Source: a bacterium
Lineage (GTDB): Bacteria; Desulfobacterota; Deferrisomatia; Deferrisomatales; BM512
Direction: 5' to 3'
DNA: 46,522 nucleotides
Assembly (NCBI GenBank): GCA_009724975.1
Contig: SRXB01000001.1
Span: 1-46,522 of the forward strand
A model generated the notes under the pieces. The model was not told where the DNA came from and did not search any database. It worked only from the letters and a program-made list of their open reading frames with translations. Positions 1-11,263 of the stretch are shown piece after piece. Numbering within the stretch: the first letter of the stretch is position 1; every line of letters starts with the position of its first letter. The position numbers and the translations under genes are program-made.

Positions 1-1
1 C

Positions 2-316
2 TTCGAGATGCTGGGGGGCGACGGGGGACTTCGGGCAGGCGCTCTACTTGGCGAGGCCTATGAAAGAATGGGGAAGGAAGAGGAGGCGCTGAAAATTTTC
101 CAGAAAATCGGCTATCTCTACCCCCCGGACAACGAGCTCTGTGCTAAAAGCAGGCTTCGCGCCGCGAATATGCTCTCAAGGCGCGGCAAAAAAGCCGAGG
201 CGGAGGCAATATACCGCGAAGCTCTTTCCTCCCCCGTCGAGTGGGTGAGAATAGAGGCAGAAAAATGGCTTAAAGAGTTTTCGCCCGCGCCCGACGCCCC
301 AAAAGAGGCCCCGTGA
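2..316 (+). CDS. TPR-repeat protein, C-terminal fragment (5' end lies outside the window)
   Basis: Frame is open from nt 2 (no stop before the first Met at 8), so the gene probably starts upstream. TPR-like helix pairs are present (GEAYERMGKEEEALKIF, RRGKKAEAEAIYREAL). Confidence 0.5.
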   Translation, partial: FEMLGGDGGLRAGALLGEAYERMGKEEEALKIFQKIGYLYPPDNELCAKSRLRAANMLSRRGKKAEAEAIYREALSSPVEWVRIEAEKWLKEFSPAPDAPKEAP

Positions 317-439
317 AGATATTTTTGCCGGAGCGAGAATTTTTTATACACTTCGGACGACAGGACGCATTAAAATCACCGGCAAAGTGATTTATTGTCC
401 GCGCATTGGGCTTCGGCCCGTTTGGATTGGCGTTTTTCA

Positions 440-736
440 ATGAAAAAAACCTTGGCGAAATGGATATTCATATCGGTGGCAGTCCTTGGCACCGGCTTTG
501 CCTTAGTGAAAATCGCCTTTTTTGAATTCCCCAAAATCAGACACCTGCGTCAGGAGTGCAAGAACGAAGAGGCTGCGGTTGAGAAGCTCCAGAAGGAGCG
601 CGACCGGCTCGCCAGCGAGGTGCACGACATCAACGTAGATCCCGTCGTTGCGGAAAAATACGCCCGTAAAGAGGGGTGGATCCGCGAAGACGAGACGGTC
701 ATAGTGATTCCAGAGAAATTGAAAAATGGCAGATAA
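440..736 (+). CDS. FtsB/DivIC-like septum formation initiator
   Basis: Short N-terminus, one TM helix (WIFISVAVLGTGFALVKIAFF), a coiled coil (EEAAVEKLQKERDRLASEV) and a C-terminal AEKYARKEGWIREDE-type tail typical of the family. ATG 440 is preferred over the TTG at 395 used by the ORF track, but the start is uncertain. Confidence 0.6.
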   Translation: MKKTLAKWIFISVAVLGTGFALVKIAFFEFPKIRHLRQECKNEEAAVEKLQKERDRLASEVHDINVDPVVAEKYARKEGWIREDETVIVIPEKLKNGR

Positions 737-2786
737 CCGCGGCGGGAAAAGGGAGTCCGAGGCGGAATCCCCGGGCGGATCGCCCTTTTTGCGCCTTATT
801 TTCCCTTCCGTTTACGGCGCCAGCCTCCTCGGCGGCCTTTTCTCTCCCGGCCATCCGGCCTGGCTCTCGGTTTCGGCGCTTGGCGTCTACATCGTCTATC
901 TCATTTGGCGCGTCTACGCCATCTTCACCGAGCACGCCCGAAAAAACATGACCGGAGGGGCGGTCGCAAGGGCCATGGAGCTTGGCCTTCTAGCCGTTTT
1001 CGGTCTAGGGACGGCTTTTCAGCTCATACCGGAGATCTCCCCCTGGTGGCTTCACCTTCACGCGGCGGTCTTCGTTCTGGTGGCGGCTGTCGCCAGGTGG
1101 CCCGAGATAATTTTCCTTAGCCTCTCCGCGCTGGTGGTCGGCAAATTGTCGCCCGGGGTGCTTGGCGAGAACTGGCTGCCCTCCTTCATCGGGCTGACAT
1201 CGATATCTCTTTTTTCCTCCATAGCCGTCTCCATCGAGAGGCGACGCGTGGGGCAGCTTAAAAAGCGTATGGAGCGCATGCGGCTTGACTCAGAGCGCAA
1301 GTCGGACTCTCTTTTGGAGAGCGAGAGCGCCGCCGCTCGCCTTGAGCAGGCTCAAAAGGCCGCCATGGCCGAGCTTCGGGAGGCGGTGGAGGCAAATTCA
1401 TGCCTTCTTGTCCTGAAAACCCCGCAGGGAAGCCTTTATATCAAGCACATCATCGGCGAAGTCGGTGACGTGGACTACGAGGCGCGGGTAAAGCTCAAGG
1501 GGACCGCTTTTCACTGGATTGCGGGCAACAAGAGGGAGCTCATCAACCTCGAAGTCTCCGACCCACAGAAGGCCCTCGGGTATTACGACTCCAATATCGC
1601 AATCAAATCCTTCGTCGGAGTGCCGCTTTTCACCGGTGAGCGCGTCGAGGGGATTTTGGCGGTCGACAGTCTGAAGGAAAACGCCTTTTCCTCGGATAAA
1701 ATGCCAATCATTAGGCTGGCGGCCCGCCAGCTGGCCTCCATGATGGACCATTCTCGGGAAATCGAGCAGGCTTCCACCCAGATAAACGACCTGCGCACCT
1801 TTCGGGAATATTCAAAGCTCCTCTCTTCCTCACCCCTTCCACGCGATCTTCCGACCCTCACTCTCAACATAATAAAAGAGAGGATGGGGCCGGATTTTTG
1901 CGCGCTCTCTTTTGTCGCGGACAAGGGTGAGATGGAGGCCCTTGCGGTCTGGAGCAGGGACGAGGAGGAGATACGGCGCGGGCCTTTCAAGAGCGAGGGG
2001 AGCCTTGCCCAGTGGGTTTTGGACAACAACAAGGACATATACCTTCCCAAAAAGGAAGATATGCCGCCCAAGCCTTTGCTTTCGCCGGAAATAGAGGTCA
2101 AAAAACGGGAAACGGCGCTGATTCATCCCATTTCCTCGCGCAGCGTGGCCGTCGGGGTTCTGGTTGCCGGATGGGACGAGCCCTGCGCGGTGGACCAGTC
2201 GGCGATGGATTTTTGCGGAATACTTCTTCGCCAGCTCGCCCTTGCGATACTCCACACGCGGGATGCGGACCGGTTAAGGAAGGCTCACCCCATTGATGAG
2301 ATCACCGGCCTTTTTTCTCACTGCGGCTTCATTTCCCTTCTGGACCACGAGGCGAGGCGCAACAGAAGGTATGGGCGCGGTCTCTCCATTATCATTTTCG
2401 ACGTGGACCAGTTCAAGAAAATCGCCGAGACTTACGGGCAGGAACCCCTTTCCTCCCTGGTTTCCGGCATGGGGAGGCTTGTCTCCTCCGACCTTAGGGA
2501 TGGCGATGTGGCCGCCTACCTTGGCGGCGGGCGCTTTGCCATGCTTGTCGCCGAGGTCGAGGGAGAGGAGGCCGTAAAAATGGCCAACAGGCTTTGCAGG
2601 CTCGTGGCCTCGACCTCCATTCCCTGCGGCGACCTGCAGCTTCGCGTCACCATAAGCGCCGGCGTATGCTCCTGGCGCGGCGACGAGGACACCGCCCAGA
2701 AAATGGCCGGAAGGGCGGAAACGGCCCTTTATGAAGCGCGCAGGGCCGGAGGCAACCGCGCTGTGCGCAAAAGCGTAGACGGATAG
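726..2786 (+). CDS. Membrane-anchored GAF-GAF-GGDEF protein with degenerate active site (GGGRF) and retained RxxD I-site
   Basis: Hydrophobic N-terminal ~170 aa (several TM helices), a coiled coil and two GAF-like modules. The C-terminal GGDEF fold is recognisable from DEITGLFS, IIFDVDQFKKI, RDGDVAAYLGGGRFAMLV and TISAGV. The ATG overlaps the upstream gene by 11 nt. Confidence 0.8.
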   Translation: MADNRGGKRESEAESPGGSPFLRLIFPSVYGASLLGGLFSPGHPAWLSVSALGVYIVYLIWRVYAIFTEHARKNMTGGAVARAMELGLLAVFGLGTAFQLIPEISPWWLHLHAAVFVLVAAVARWPEIIFLSLSALVVGKLSPGVLGENWLPSFIGLTSISLFSSIAVSIERRRVGQLKKRMERMRLDSERKSDSLLESESAAARLEQAQKAAMAELREAVEANSCLLVLKTPQGSLYIKHIIGEVGDVDYEARVKLKGTAFHWIAGNKRELINLEVSDPQKALGYYDSNIAIKSFVGVPLFTGERVEGILAVDSLKENAFSSDKMPIIRLAARQLASMMDHSREIEQASTQINDLRTFREYSKLLSSSPLPRDLPTLTLNIIKERMGPDFCALSFVADKGEMEALAVWSRDEEEIRRGPFKSEGSLAQWVLDNNKDIYLPKKEDMPPKPLLSPEIEVKKRETALIHPISSRSVAVGVLVAGWDEPCAVDQSAMDFCGILLRQLALAILHTRDADRLRKAHPIDEITGLFSHCGFISLLDHEARRNRRYGRGLSIIIFDVDQFKKIAETYGQEPLSSLVSGMGRLVSSDLRDGDVAAYLGGGRFAMLVAEVEGEEAVKMANRLCRLVASTSIPCGDLQLRVTISAGVCSWRGDEDTAQKMAGRAETALYEARRAGGNRAVRKSVDG

Positions 2787-2789
2787 CGG

Positions 2790-3587
2790 CTAGAACTGGT
2801 GCTCTGGCCCGGGAAAGCTCCCCGACTCCACCTCTTCCTTGTATCTTTTCAGCGCTTCTTTTATCGGCGCGCCCGCATCGCAGTATTTTTTCACGAATTT
2901 CGGGGTGAAACGGTCGAATAGGCCTGTCATGTCGTGAAAAACCAGAACCTGCCCGTCGCACCCGCCTCCCGCGCCTATGCCTATGGTCGGAACCGGTATC
3001 TGCGAGGTGATGCGCGAAGAGAGCGAAGCCGGCACGCACTCGATGACTATCGAAAAGACCCCCGCCTCGCAAAGCGCCTTGGCGTCTTCCATTAGCGAAA
3101 GGGCCGCCCGGGTGTCTTTGCCCTGGACCTTGAAACCGCCGAGCTGGGTTGCGGTCTGGGGGGTAAGCCCTATGTGGCCCATCACCGGAATTCCCGCCCG
3201 CACTATTGCCGCCGCCTTGTCCGCCTGCGAAACGCCCCCTTCGAGCTTTACCGCGTCGGCGCGCCCTTCCTTCAAAAAGCGTCCTGCGTTCCTTATCGCC
3301 TCCTCGACGCCCACCTGATAGGACAAAAACGGCATGTCCGCGACGATGAGGGCGGTTTTCACCCCCCGCGAGACCGCCTTGGTGTGGTGGAGCATCTCCT
3401 CCATCGTCACGGAGACGGTATCCGGATACCCGAGGCAGACCATGCCCAGGCTGTCTCCTACGAGGACGACATCTATTCCCGCATCATCGGCCAGTTTGCC
3501 GGTGGGATAGTCGTAGGCGGTGACGGTGGAAATTTTCGGCCCCTTTTTCTTTCTGGCGAGGATGTCGGGCGGGGTAATCTTTCCCAT
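2790..3587 (-). CDS. panB: 3-methyl-2-oxobutanoate hydroxymethyltransferase
   Basis: Full-length PanB-like sequence (TAYDYPTGKLADDAGIDVVLVGDSLGMVCLGY, ADMPFLSYQ, VKLEGG). Starts 2 nt after the panE stop. Confidence 0.95.
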   Translation of the reverse strand: MGKITPPDILARKKKGPKISTVTAYDYPTGKLADDAGIDVVLVGDSLGMVCLGYPDTVSVTMEEMLHHTKAVSRGVKTALIVADMPFLSYQVGVEEAIRNAGRFLKEGRADAVKLEGGVSQADKAAAIVRAGIPVMGHIGLTPQTATQLGGFKVQGKDTRAALSLMEDAKALCEAGVFSIVIECVPASLSSRITSQIPVPTIGIGAGGGCDGQVLVFHDMTGLFDRFTPKFVKKYCDAGAPIKEALKRYKEEVESGSFPGPEHQF

Positions 3588-3589
3588 CT

Positions 3590-4510
3590 TCAGCTCCTTT
3601 TGATGGCCTCAAGGGCTTTTATCATCTCGTGAAGGGTTTCATTGAGCGGGCAGGGGATGGAGTGCTTTTTCCCAAGCGCCGCCACCGCCCCATTTATAAA
3701 ATCAGTTTCTGTTAAGCGCCCCGCGGCGACGTCCTGAAGCATGCTGGACCTGTTTTGGGCTGTCGCCTCCGCGACGAGGATAATCTTTTCGGCCAGCTGG
3801 CCCTCTTCGCCAAGATCAACCCCTTCTTTCAGGGCGACTGCGGCTACTTCTCCCGCGACCTTTGCTATTATTTTTTTTGCCGCGTTATTTTTAGCCAGCT
3901 CGCCATTTTGCACGCCTAAAATCGCGGTGAGCGGGTTTATCGCGCAGTTTATCGCGAGTTTTCTCCATATATAGGTGAAAATTTCGGGAGTAGCCGAGGC
4001 TTTAAGCCCCGCTAGCGAGAGTATGCGGGCAATTTCTTCGCCAGAGGGGCCGCCTTTGGCGGCGGGGCCGAGATAGGTTTCGCCGTCGCCGCCGTGGCGC
4101 ACTACGCCGGGCGCCAAAAGAGTGGCTCCCTGCGCGGTAGTTCCGGCCAGGACGCGGCCTTCTCCGAAAGCATCGAGCAAAATCTTTTGCGGGCCAAGGC
4201 CGTTTTGCAAGGTGAGCACGAGCGTGGAGGGGCCGAGGGCTGGGAGAGCCGTTTCGGCGGCCCTTTTGGTGTCTTGCGCCTTGGTGGCGATTAAAACCAG
4301 GTCGAAGGGGTAGCTTTCCAGCGGCGGGCAGAGGATTTTCGCCTTTACCTGAAGGGAGGATTCCCCTTCCAGCAAAGTAAGTGGCGTTTGCGATAGTGCG
4401 CGTGCCTGCCTTTCATCTCTTGCAATCAGCCATGGCTGGTGGCCGGCAAGGGAGAGGCGAATGTAAAATAATGAGCCGATTGCTCCGGGTCCAACGATGG
4501 CGATCCTCAC
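3590..4510 (-). CDS. panE: 2-dehydropantoate 2-reductase
   Basis: N-terminal Rossmann motif MRIAIVGPGAIGS, ApbA/PanE length and C-terminal domain, and adjacency to panB. Confidence 0.85.
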   Translation of the reverse strand: MRIAIVGPGAIGSLFYIRLSLAGHQPWLIARDERQARALSQTPLTLLEGESSLQVKAKILCPPLESYPFDLVLIATKAQDTKRAAETALPALGPSTLVLTLQNGLGPQKILLDAFGEGRVLAGTTAQGATLLAPGVVRHGGDGETYLGPAAKGGPSGEEIARILSLAGLKASATPEIFTYIWRKLAINCAINPLTAILGVQNGELAKNNAAKKIIAKVAGEVAAVALKEGVDLGEEGQLAEKIILVAEATAQNRSSMLQDVAAGRLTETDFINGAVAALGKKHSIPCPLNETLHEMIKALEAIKRS

Positions 4511-4546
4511 GGTTTCACCTCTTTGGCTTGCCCTTGAGGGCGGTTT

Positions 4547-5548
4547 TTAAGGCTGTTTTTTGCTCGCCGCGGCCGATTTTATAGGGGAGGGGGCGCTTTC
4601 GTTTCCCTCTTCGTCCATGGCCGTGCATCCGTAAAAGTACGTGACGCCGGCCTCGATGGCGGAATCGAGAAAAGAGGTTTCGCCGCCCGGAACCTCGGCG
4701 ATTTTTTCAAGTGCGTCGGGGCTTTTGCCCCTTTTTATGACAATTTTTGCATACGGTTCCCCTGACGGGGCCATCCACATAAGCCTTATTCCCCCGGGTT
4801 CGCCAAAGAGGGCGAGCTCAAGCGGCGGCTCGGGCGGCTCGGAGTCTTTTGGAGTCACTTCAAGGGCAACCTCCTCCGATTCGATTCGCCAGCCCTGGGG
4901 GGAAACGGCGGAGGAGCGGAAAGAAAGCCTTGCCGCCTCGCCGTTTTTTAGGCCCGCTATCCTGCCCTCAGATGATTCCGGGGCAAAGCGGGCCAGAACT
5001 TTCCCCGCCTCGTCGTAAGCCGAAATTCCCTCGTAGGCGATGGCCGAGGCGGGGAGCGAATATTTGACTTTGGCCCCTCCATCCACGGGGAAGAGCTCTA
5101 CCGAAGGAGGGGCGACCTTGAAGTAGGTTGCCGCCACCGGCGGTGAGGGCAGGCCCCTGTTCCCGCGCCCGTCAAGGGCAAAGACCCTGTAATTGCGGGT
5201 TTCGCCCGGGCGAGCGCCCTTGTCGGTCCATGAATAGACTGCGCCGTCGGGCAGCGCCTTGATGGTGGCCGCCTCCTCGTATTCAAAAGAGCAGCTTTGA
5301 CACTCCTCCTTGCCTTTTTCCACCGAAGCGACTTCGACGAGAAAGCCGGATATATCTCCCCCCGCGCCCGAAAGGGTCCTTGAGGGGAGTGACCATCCTA
5401 TTGTCAGACCGTCTTCCCTTCCGCCCGCCACAAGTCCCTGCGGCGTGCCGACGCGGGCCTGCCCCGGGGGAAGGGGATCTCCCATGCGCCCGCAGGCCGC
5501 CGCAAAAAGGGCCGCCGCGGACAAAATGAGGATGGCGCTGCTTCGCAA
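4547..5548 (-). CDS. Lipoprotein with LptM-like N-terminus and about three fibronectin-III-like modules
   Basis: Signal peptide plus lipobox (LFAAAC, Cys19) followed by CGRMGDPLPPG. Repeated ~90-aa beta-rich modules contain W..P....G and Y.Y/F-type FN3 signatures. Sits 6 nt downstream of argH. Confidence 0.7.
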   Translation of the reverse strand: MRSSAILILSAAALFAAACGRMGDPLPPGQARVGTPQGLVAGGREDGLTIGWSLPSRTLSGAGGDISGFLVEVASVEKGKEECQSCSFEYEEAATIKALPDGAVYSWTDKGARPGETRNYRVFALDGRGNRGLPSPPVAATYFKVAPPSVELFPVDGGAKVKYSLPASAIAYEGISAYDEAGKVLARFAPESSEGRIAGLKNGEAARLSFRSSAVSPQGWRIESEEVALEVTPKDSEPPEPPLELALFGEPGGIRLMWMAPSGEPYAKIVIKRGKSPDALEKIAEVPGGETSFLDSAIEAGVTYFYGCTAMDEEGNESAPSPIKSAAASKKQP

Positions 5549-5554
5549 GGGATT

Positions 5555-6952
5555 CTATTTGCTCCTCGGCCAGAGTTCGTCAAGTCTTTTCATGGCCAGT
5601 TCGCTCTCGGCTATTACGTTTTCCGGAGCAGGGCCGCCAGTCGCCTTTCTCGAAGAGAGGCTTTTGGTCATTGAGAGCGCCTCAAAGATATCTTCGCCTA
5701 TCATTTGGGAGAGTCCCCGCAGCTCGGCAAGGGGAAGCTCCTCCAGCCCGACTTTTTTCTCCTCGGCGAGTGCGACGGCCTTGCCCGCGATCTCGTGTGC
5801 GTGGCGAAAGGGCATTCCCTTCTTGGCGAGGTAGTCGGCGAGGTCGGTAGCGTTGACGAACCCCTCCTTAAGCGCCATTTTCGCCCTTTCGGGATTTATC
5901 TTCAGGGAGCGCACCATTTCTATGGCGATCGCCAAAGAGCCTTTTATGGTGTCAAGGGAGTCGAAGACCGGCTCTTTGTCTTCCTGCATGTCTTTGTTGT
6001 AGGCCAGAGAAAGGGCTTTCATCGTGGTGAGAAGGGCCAGAAGGTTGCCGTTGACGCGCCCCGTTTTTCCGCGCAAAAGCTCGGGAACATCGGGATTCTT
6101 CTTCTGCGGCATTATGGAGGAGCCGGTGCAGAAGCCGTCGGAGAGGGTCACGAAGCGAAACTCCTGACTAGACCAGATTACCAACTCTTCGCTAAGGCGC
6201 GAGAGGTGGGTCATTATCACGGAGGCGTTGAAGAGGAATTCGAGGGCGAAATCGCGGTCGGAGACGCCGTCGAGGCTGTTTCTCATTATTGCATCGAAGC
6301 CAAGCTCCCTTGCGACCATTTCGCGGTCGAGCGGGTAGGGGGTTCCGGCCAGCGCGCCGCTGCCAAGAGGCGAGCGGCGGGTCCTGCCCAGAGTGTCCTT
6401 CATGCGCTCGATGTCGCGGGAGAACATCTCGAAATAGGCTAGCCAGTGGTGGCCGAAGGTGACCGGCTGGGCGCGCTGGAGGTGGGTGTAGCCGGGGAGA
6501 AGGGTGTCGGCCTCGCGGAAGGCGCGAACCGCGAAGGTTTCGCAAAGGCCGCGCAAGAGGTCCAGCACTTCTTTCATTTCGTCGGCCAGATAGAGGCGAA
6601 GGTCAAGCGCCACCTGGTCGTTGCGGCTGCGCCCGGTGTGGAGCTTGCCGCCAACCGGCCCGACCTTTTCGGTCAGGCGCTTTTCCACCGCCATGTGGAT
6701 GTCCTCGACGGAGACGGGGAAGTCTATCTCCCCGCGCTCTATCTCCTTTTCCACCTCGGCGAGGCCCTCGACAAGGGTTTGCGCCTCCTGCGCGGTAAGA
6801 ACCCCCACTGCGGCGAGCATTTTGGCGTGCGCCATCGAGCCTCGGATGTCCTGGCGGTACATGCGCTTGTCAAAACCGATGGAGGCGGTGAAGACCTCCA
6901 CTATTTTGAGGGTTTCTTCCCTAAATCTCCCTCCCCAGGGTTTCTCGGCCAT
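5555..6952 (-). CDS. argH: Argininosuccinate lyase
   Basis: Starts MAEKPWGGRF. Fumarate-lyase signature GSSIMPQKKNPD present; 465 aa. Confidence 0.96.
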   Translation of the reverse strand: MAEKPWGGRFREETLKIVEVFTASIGFDKRMYRQDIRGSMAHAKMLAAVGVLTAQEAQTLVEGLAEVEKEIERGEIDFPVSVEDIHMAVEKRLTEKVGPVGGKLHTGRSRNDQVALDLRLYLADEMKEVLDLLRGLCETFAVRAFREADTLLPGYTHLQRAQPVTFGHHWLAYFEMFSRDIERMKDTLGRTRRSPLGSGALAGTPYPLDREMVARELGFDAIMRNSLDGVSDRDFALEFLFNASVIMTHLSRLSEELVIWSSQEFRFVTLSDGFCTGSSIMPQKKNPDVPELLRGKTGRVNGNLLALLTTMKALSLAYNKDMQEDKEPVFDSLDTIKGSLAIAIEMVRSLKINPERAKMALKEGFVNATDLADYLAKKGMPFRHAHEIAGKAVALAEEKKVGLEELPLAELRGLSQMIGEDIFEALSMTKSLSSRKATGGPAPENVIAESELAMKRLDELWPRSK

Positions 6953-6977
6953 TTTTTATTCCTTTTCAGGGCTTTTG

Positions 6978-8183
<1,206 letters not shown>

Positions 8184-8235
8184 TTTCAATCCTTCCCTGT
8201 AAACTCAAGGGCCGCAACCAGAGGCGCGGCTTTAT

Positions 8236-9147
8236 TTATTTGCCCAAAAGAGTGGCCAAGATGGCTTTTTGCACGTGGAGGCGGTTTTCCGCCTGGTCCC
8301 ATACCGCAGAGCGCGGCCCCTCCAGCACCTCTTCGCTGACCTCAAGGCCCCTGTAGGCCGGAAGGCAGTGGAGGAATATGGAACGCTGGCTGGTGAGCGC
8401 CATGATTTTGTCGTCGACCATGTAGCTGGCGAAATCTTTCTTGCGCTTGTCTTTTTCTGATTCCTGGCCCATGGAGGCCCAGACGTCGGTGTTCACCACG
8501 TCGGCGCCGCGCGCGGCCTCAAGGGGGTTGCGCGTAAGGGAGATATCGGCTCCCGCCTCCTTTGCCCAACGCATTACGCGGCTGTCCGGCTCGTAACCGG
8601 CGGGGCAGGCCAGCCGAAGGGCGAAGCCCATTACCCCTGCGGCTTCTATCCACGAGTTCGCCATGTTGTTGCCGTCGCCAATCCAGGCCACGGTTATTCC
8701 TTCAAGGGTTCCGAGGCGCTCGATTACCGTCTGCATGTCGGCCATCACCTGGCAGGGGTGGTGGAGGTCGGTGAGGCCGTTTATAACCGGCACGGTAGCC
8801 CACCTCGCCAGCTCTTCGACGCTGGATTGGGTATCGGTGCGAATCATGATGGCATCTACGTAGCGCGAGAGGACGCGGGCGGTGTCGCGCTCCGGCTCCC
8901 CGCGGCCCATCTGGGTGGTGTCGGTCGAGAGGAAGATGGCGTGGCCGCCCAACTGGGTCATTCCCGCCTCGAAGGAGACGCGGGTGCGGGTGGAGTTTTT
9001 CTTGAAGATCATGCCCAGCGTTTTTCCCGCAAGAAGTGGGGCCTGCTCTCCTTTGGCGTGGCGGGCTTTCAGTTCGGCGGCTAGCTTGAGCATCGCTCCC
9101 AGTTCTTCCTTGGAGAAATCCTGGAGGCACAAAAAGTGTCTGGCCAT
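8236..9147 (-). CDS. argF: Ornithine carbamoyltransferase
   Basis: STRTR, HPCQ, DVWASMG and HCLPA motifs. The ATG at 9147 (MARHFLCLQDF) has a GAAGGGGA RBS. The 41-aa Arg/Ser-rich extension in the ORF track overlaps the end of argD and is not credible. Confidence 0.93.
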   Translation of the reverse strand: MARHFLCLQDFSKEELGAMLKLAAELKARHAKGEQAPLLAGKTLGMIFKKNSTRTRVSFEAGMTQLGGHAIFLSTDTTQMGRGEPERDTARVLSRYVDAIMIRTDTQSSVEELARWATVPVINGLTDLHHPCQVMADMQTVIERLGTLEGITVAWIGDGNNMANSWIEAAGVMGFALRLACPAGYEPDSRVMRWAKEAGADISLTRNPLEAARGADVVNTDVWASMGQESEKDKRKKDFASYMVDDKIMALTSQRSIFLHCLPAYRGLEVSEEVLEGPRSAVWDQAENRLHVQKAILATLLGK

Positions 9148-9172
9148 TTTCGCGTGGTCCCCTTCTTCCCGC

Positions 9173-10369
9173 CTAAAGCGAGTCAAGCGCCGACGAAAGG
9201 GCGTCGGCCAAAAGATCGATCTGGTCCTTGGTGACGATGAGCGGCGGGGCGAAGCGAAGGACGCTCTCACCTGCCGAGCCTATTAAAAAGCCTTTTGCCA
9301 TCATCGCCGAGACAATGGTGGCCGGTGAAATTCCGCCCTCAAGCTCAAGGCCGATGAGGAGCCCCCGCCCCCTGGCGTTTTTCGCGCGCGGCGAGCTTTC
9401 GGCGATTTTTTCAAGTTTGCCGAGGAGGTGTTTCCCCATCTCGCGGCAGTTCCCGATAATGTTTTCCTCCTCCATCGCCTCCATCGCGGCAAGTGCGGCG
9501 GCGGCGCAGAGGGGATTGCCGCCGAAGGTGGTGGCGTGGGTGCCCGGCGTGAAGGATTTGGCCGCCTCTTCGGTGGCCAGCACCGCTCCTATTGGCGCTC
9601 CGCCCCCTAATCCCTTCGCCATCGTCGCGATATCGGGGGTCACCCCTTCGTGTTCGCAGGCGAGGAAGGCTCCCGTCCGGCCCGCGCCGGTCTGGACCTC
9701 GTCGAAGATGAGTAGCGCGCCTCTTTCGTCGGCCAGCTTGCGCACGGCTTGCAGGTAGCCGGGCGAGGGCATTCTTATCCCGCCTTCTCCCTGGATCGGC
9801 TCAAGGATTATCGCGGCGGTGTTGACGTCCACGGCCTTTTGGAGGGCATCGAGGTCGTCGTAGGCGATGTGGATGAAGCCCGCGGGAAGGGGGGCGAACC
9901 CTTTTTTCACCTTCTCTTGGCCTGTTGCCGTGAGGGTCGCGAGGGTGCGGCCATGAAAGCTCATGGTGGCGCTTATAATGGTTTTCCGCCCCTCTTCGCC
10001 CCTGTCGTGGCAGATTTTGCGGGCGAGCTTTATCGCCCCTTCGTTGGCTTCCGCGCCTGAATTGCAGAAAAAGACCTTGTCGGCGAAGGTGTGGTCGCAA
10101 AGCCACTTGGCGAGCCTGACCTGCGGCTCGGTGTGGTAGAGGTTGGAGACGTGAAAGAGGGTTTTGGCCTGGGCCGCGACGGCGGACGACACCTTCGGGT
10201 GGCAGTGGCCGAGGTTGCAGACCGCTATCCCCGCCAGAAAATCAAGGTACTCCTTGCCGTCGGCGTCCCACACGCTCATTCCCTCGCCCCTGACAAGGGC
10301 TATGGGGAACCTAGCGTAAGTATTCATAACGTATTTTTCGCCAAGGGCGATTATGTCGGCGTTGTTCAT
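9173..10369 (-). CDS. argD: Acetylornithine aminotransferase
   Basis: Class-III PLP aminotransferase (FCNSGAEANEGAIKLAR, LIFDEVQTGAGRTG, TFGGNPL) in arg-cluster context. Confidence 0.93.
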   Translation of the reverse strand: MNNADIIALGEKYVMNTYARFPIALVRGEGMSVWDADGKEYLDFLAGIAVCNLGHCHPKVSSAVAAQAKTLFHVSNLYHTEPQVRLAKWLCDHTFADKVFFCNSGAEANEGAIKLARKICHDRGEEGRKTIISATMSFHGRTLATLTATGQEKVKKGFAPLPAGFIHIAYDDLDALQKAVDVNTAAIILEPIQGEGGIRMPSPGYLQAVRKLADERGALLIFDEVQTGAGRTGAFLACEHEGVTPDIATMAKGLGGGAPIGAVLATEEAAKSFTPGTHATTFGGNPLCAAAALAAMEAMEEENIIGNCREMGKHLLGKLEKIAESSPRAKNARGRGLLIGLELEGGISPATIVSAMMAKGFLIGSAGESVLRFAPPLIVTKDQIDLLADALSSALDSL

Positions 10370-10373
10370 GGCT

Positions 10374-11252
<879 letters not shown>

Positions 11253-11263
11253 TTATTTCTCCT

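Noticed and set aside
9148-9270. A 41-codon N-terminal extension of the argF ORF in the track (MRASFASPRRSSSPRTRS...).
   Set aside because: It overlaps the 3' end of argD and is Arg/Ser-rich non-protein-like sequence. The conserved OTC N-terminus begins at the internal ATG 9147, which has its own RBS.
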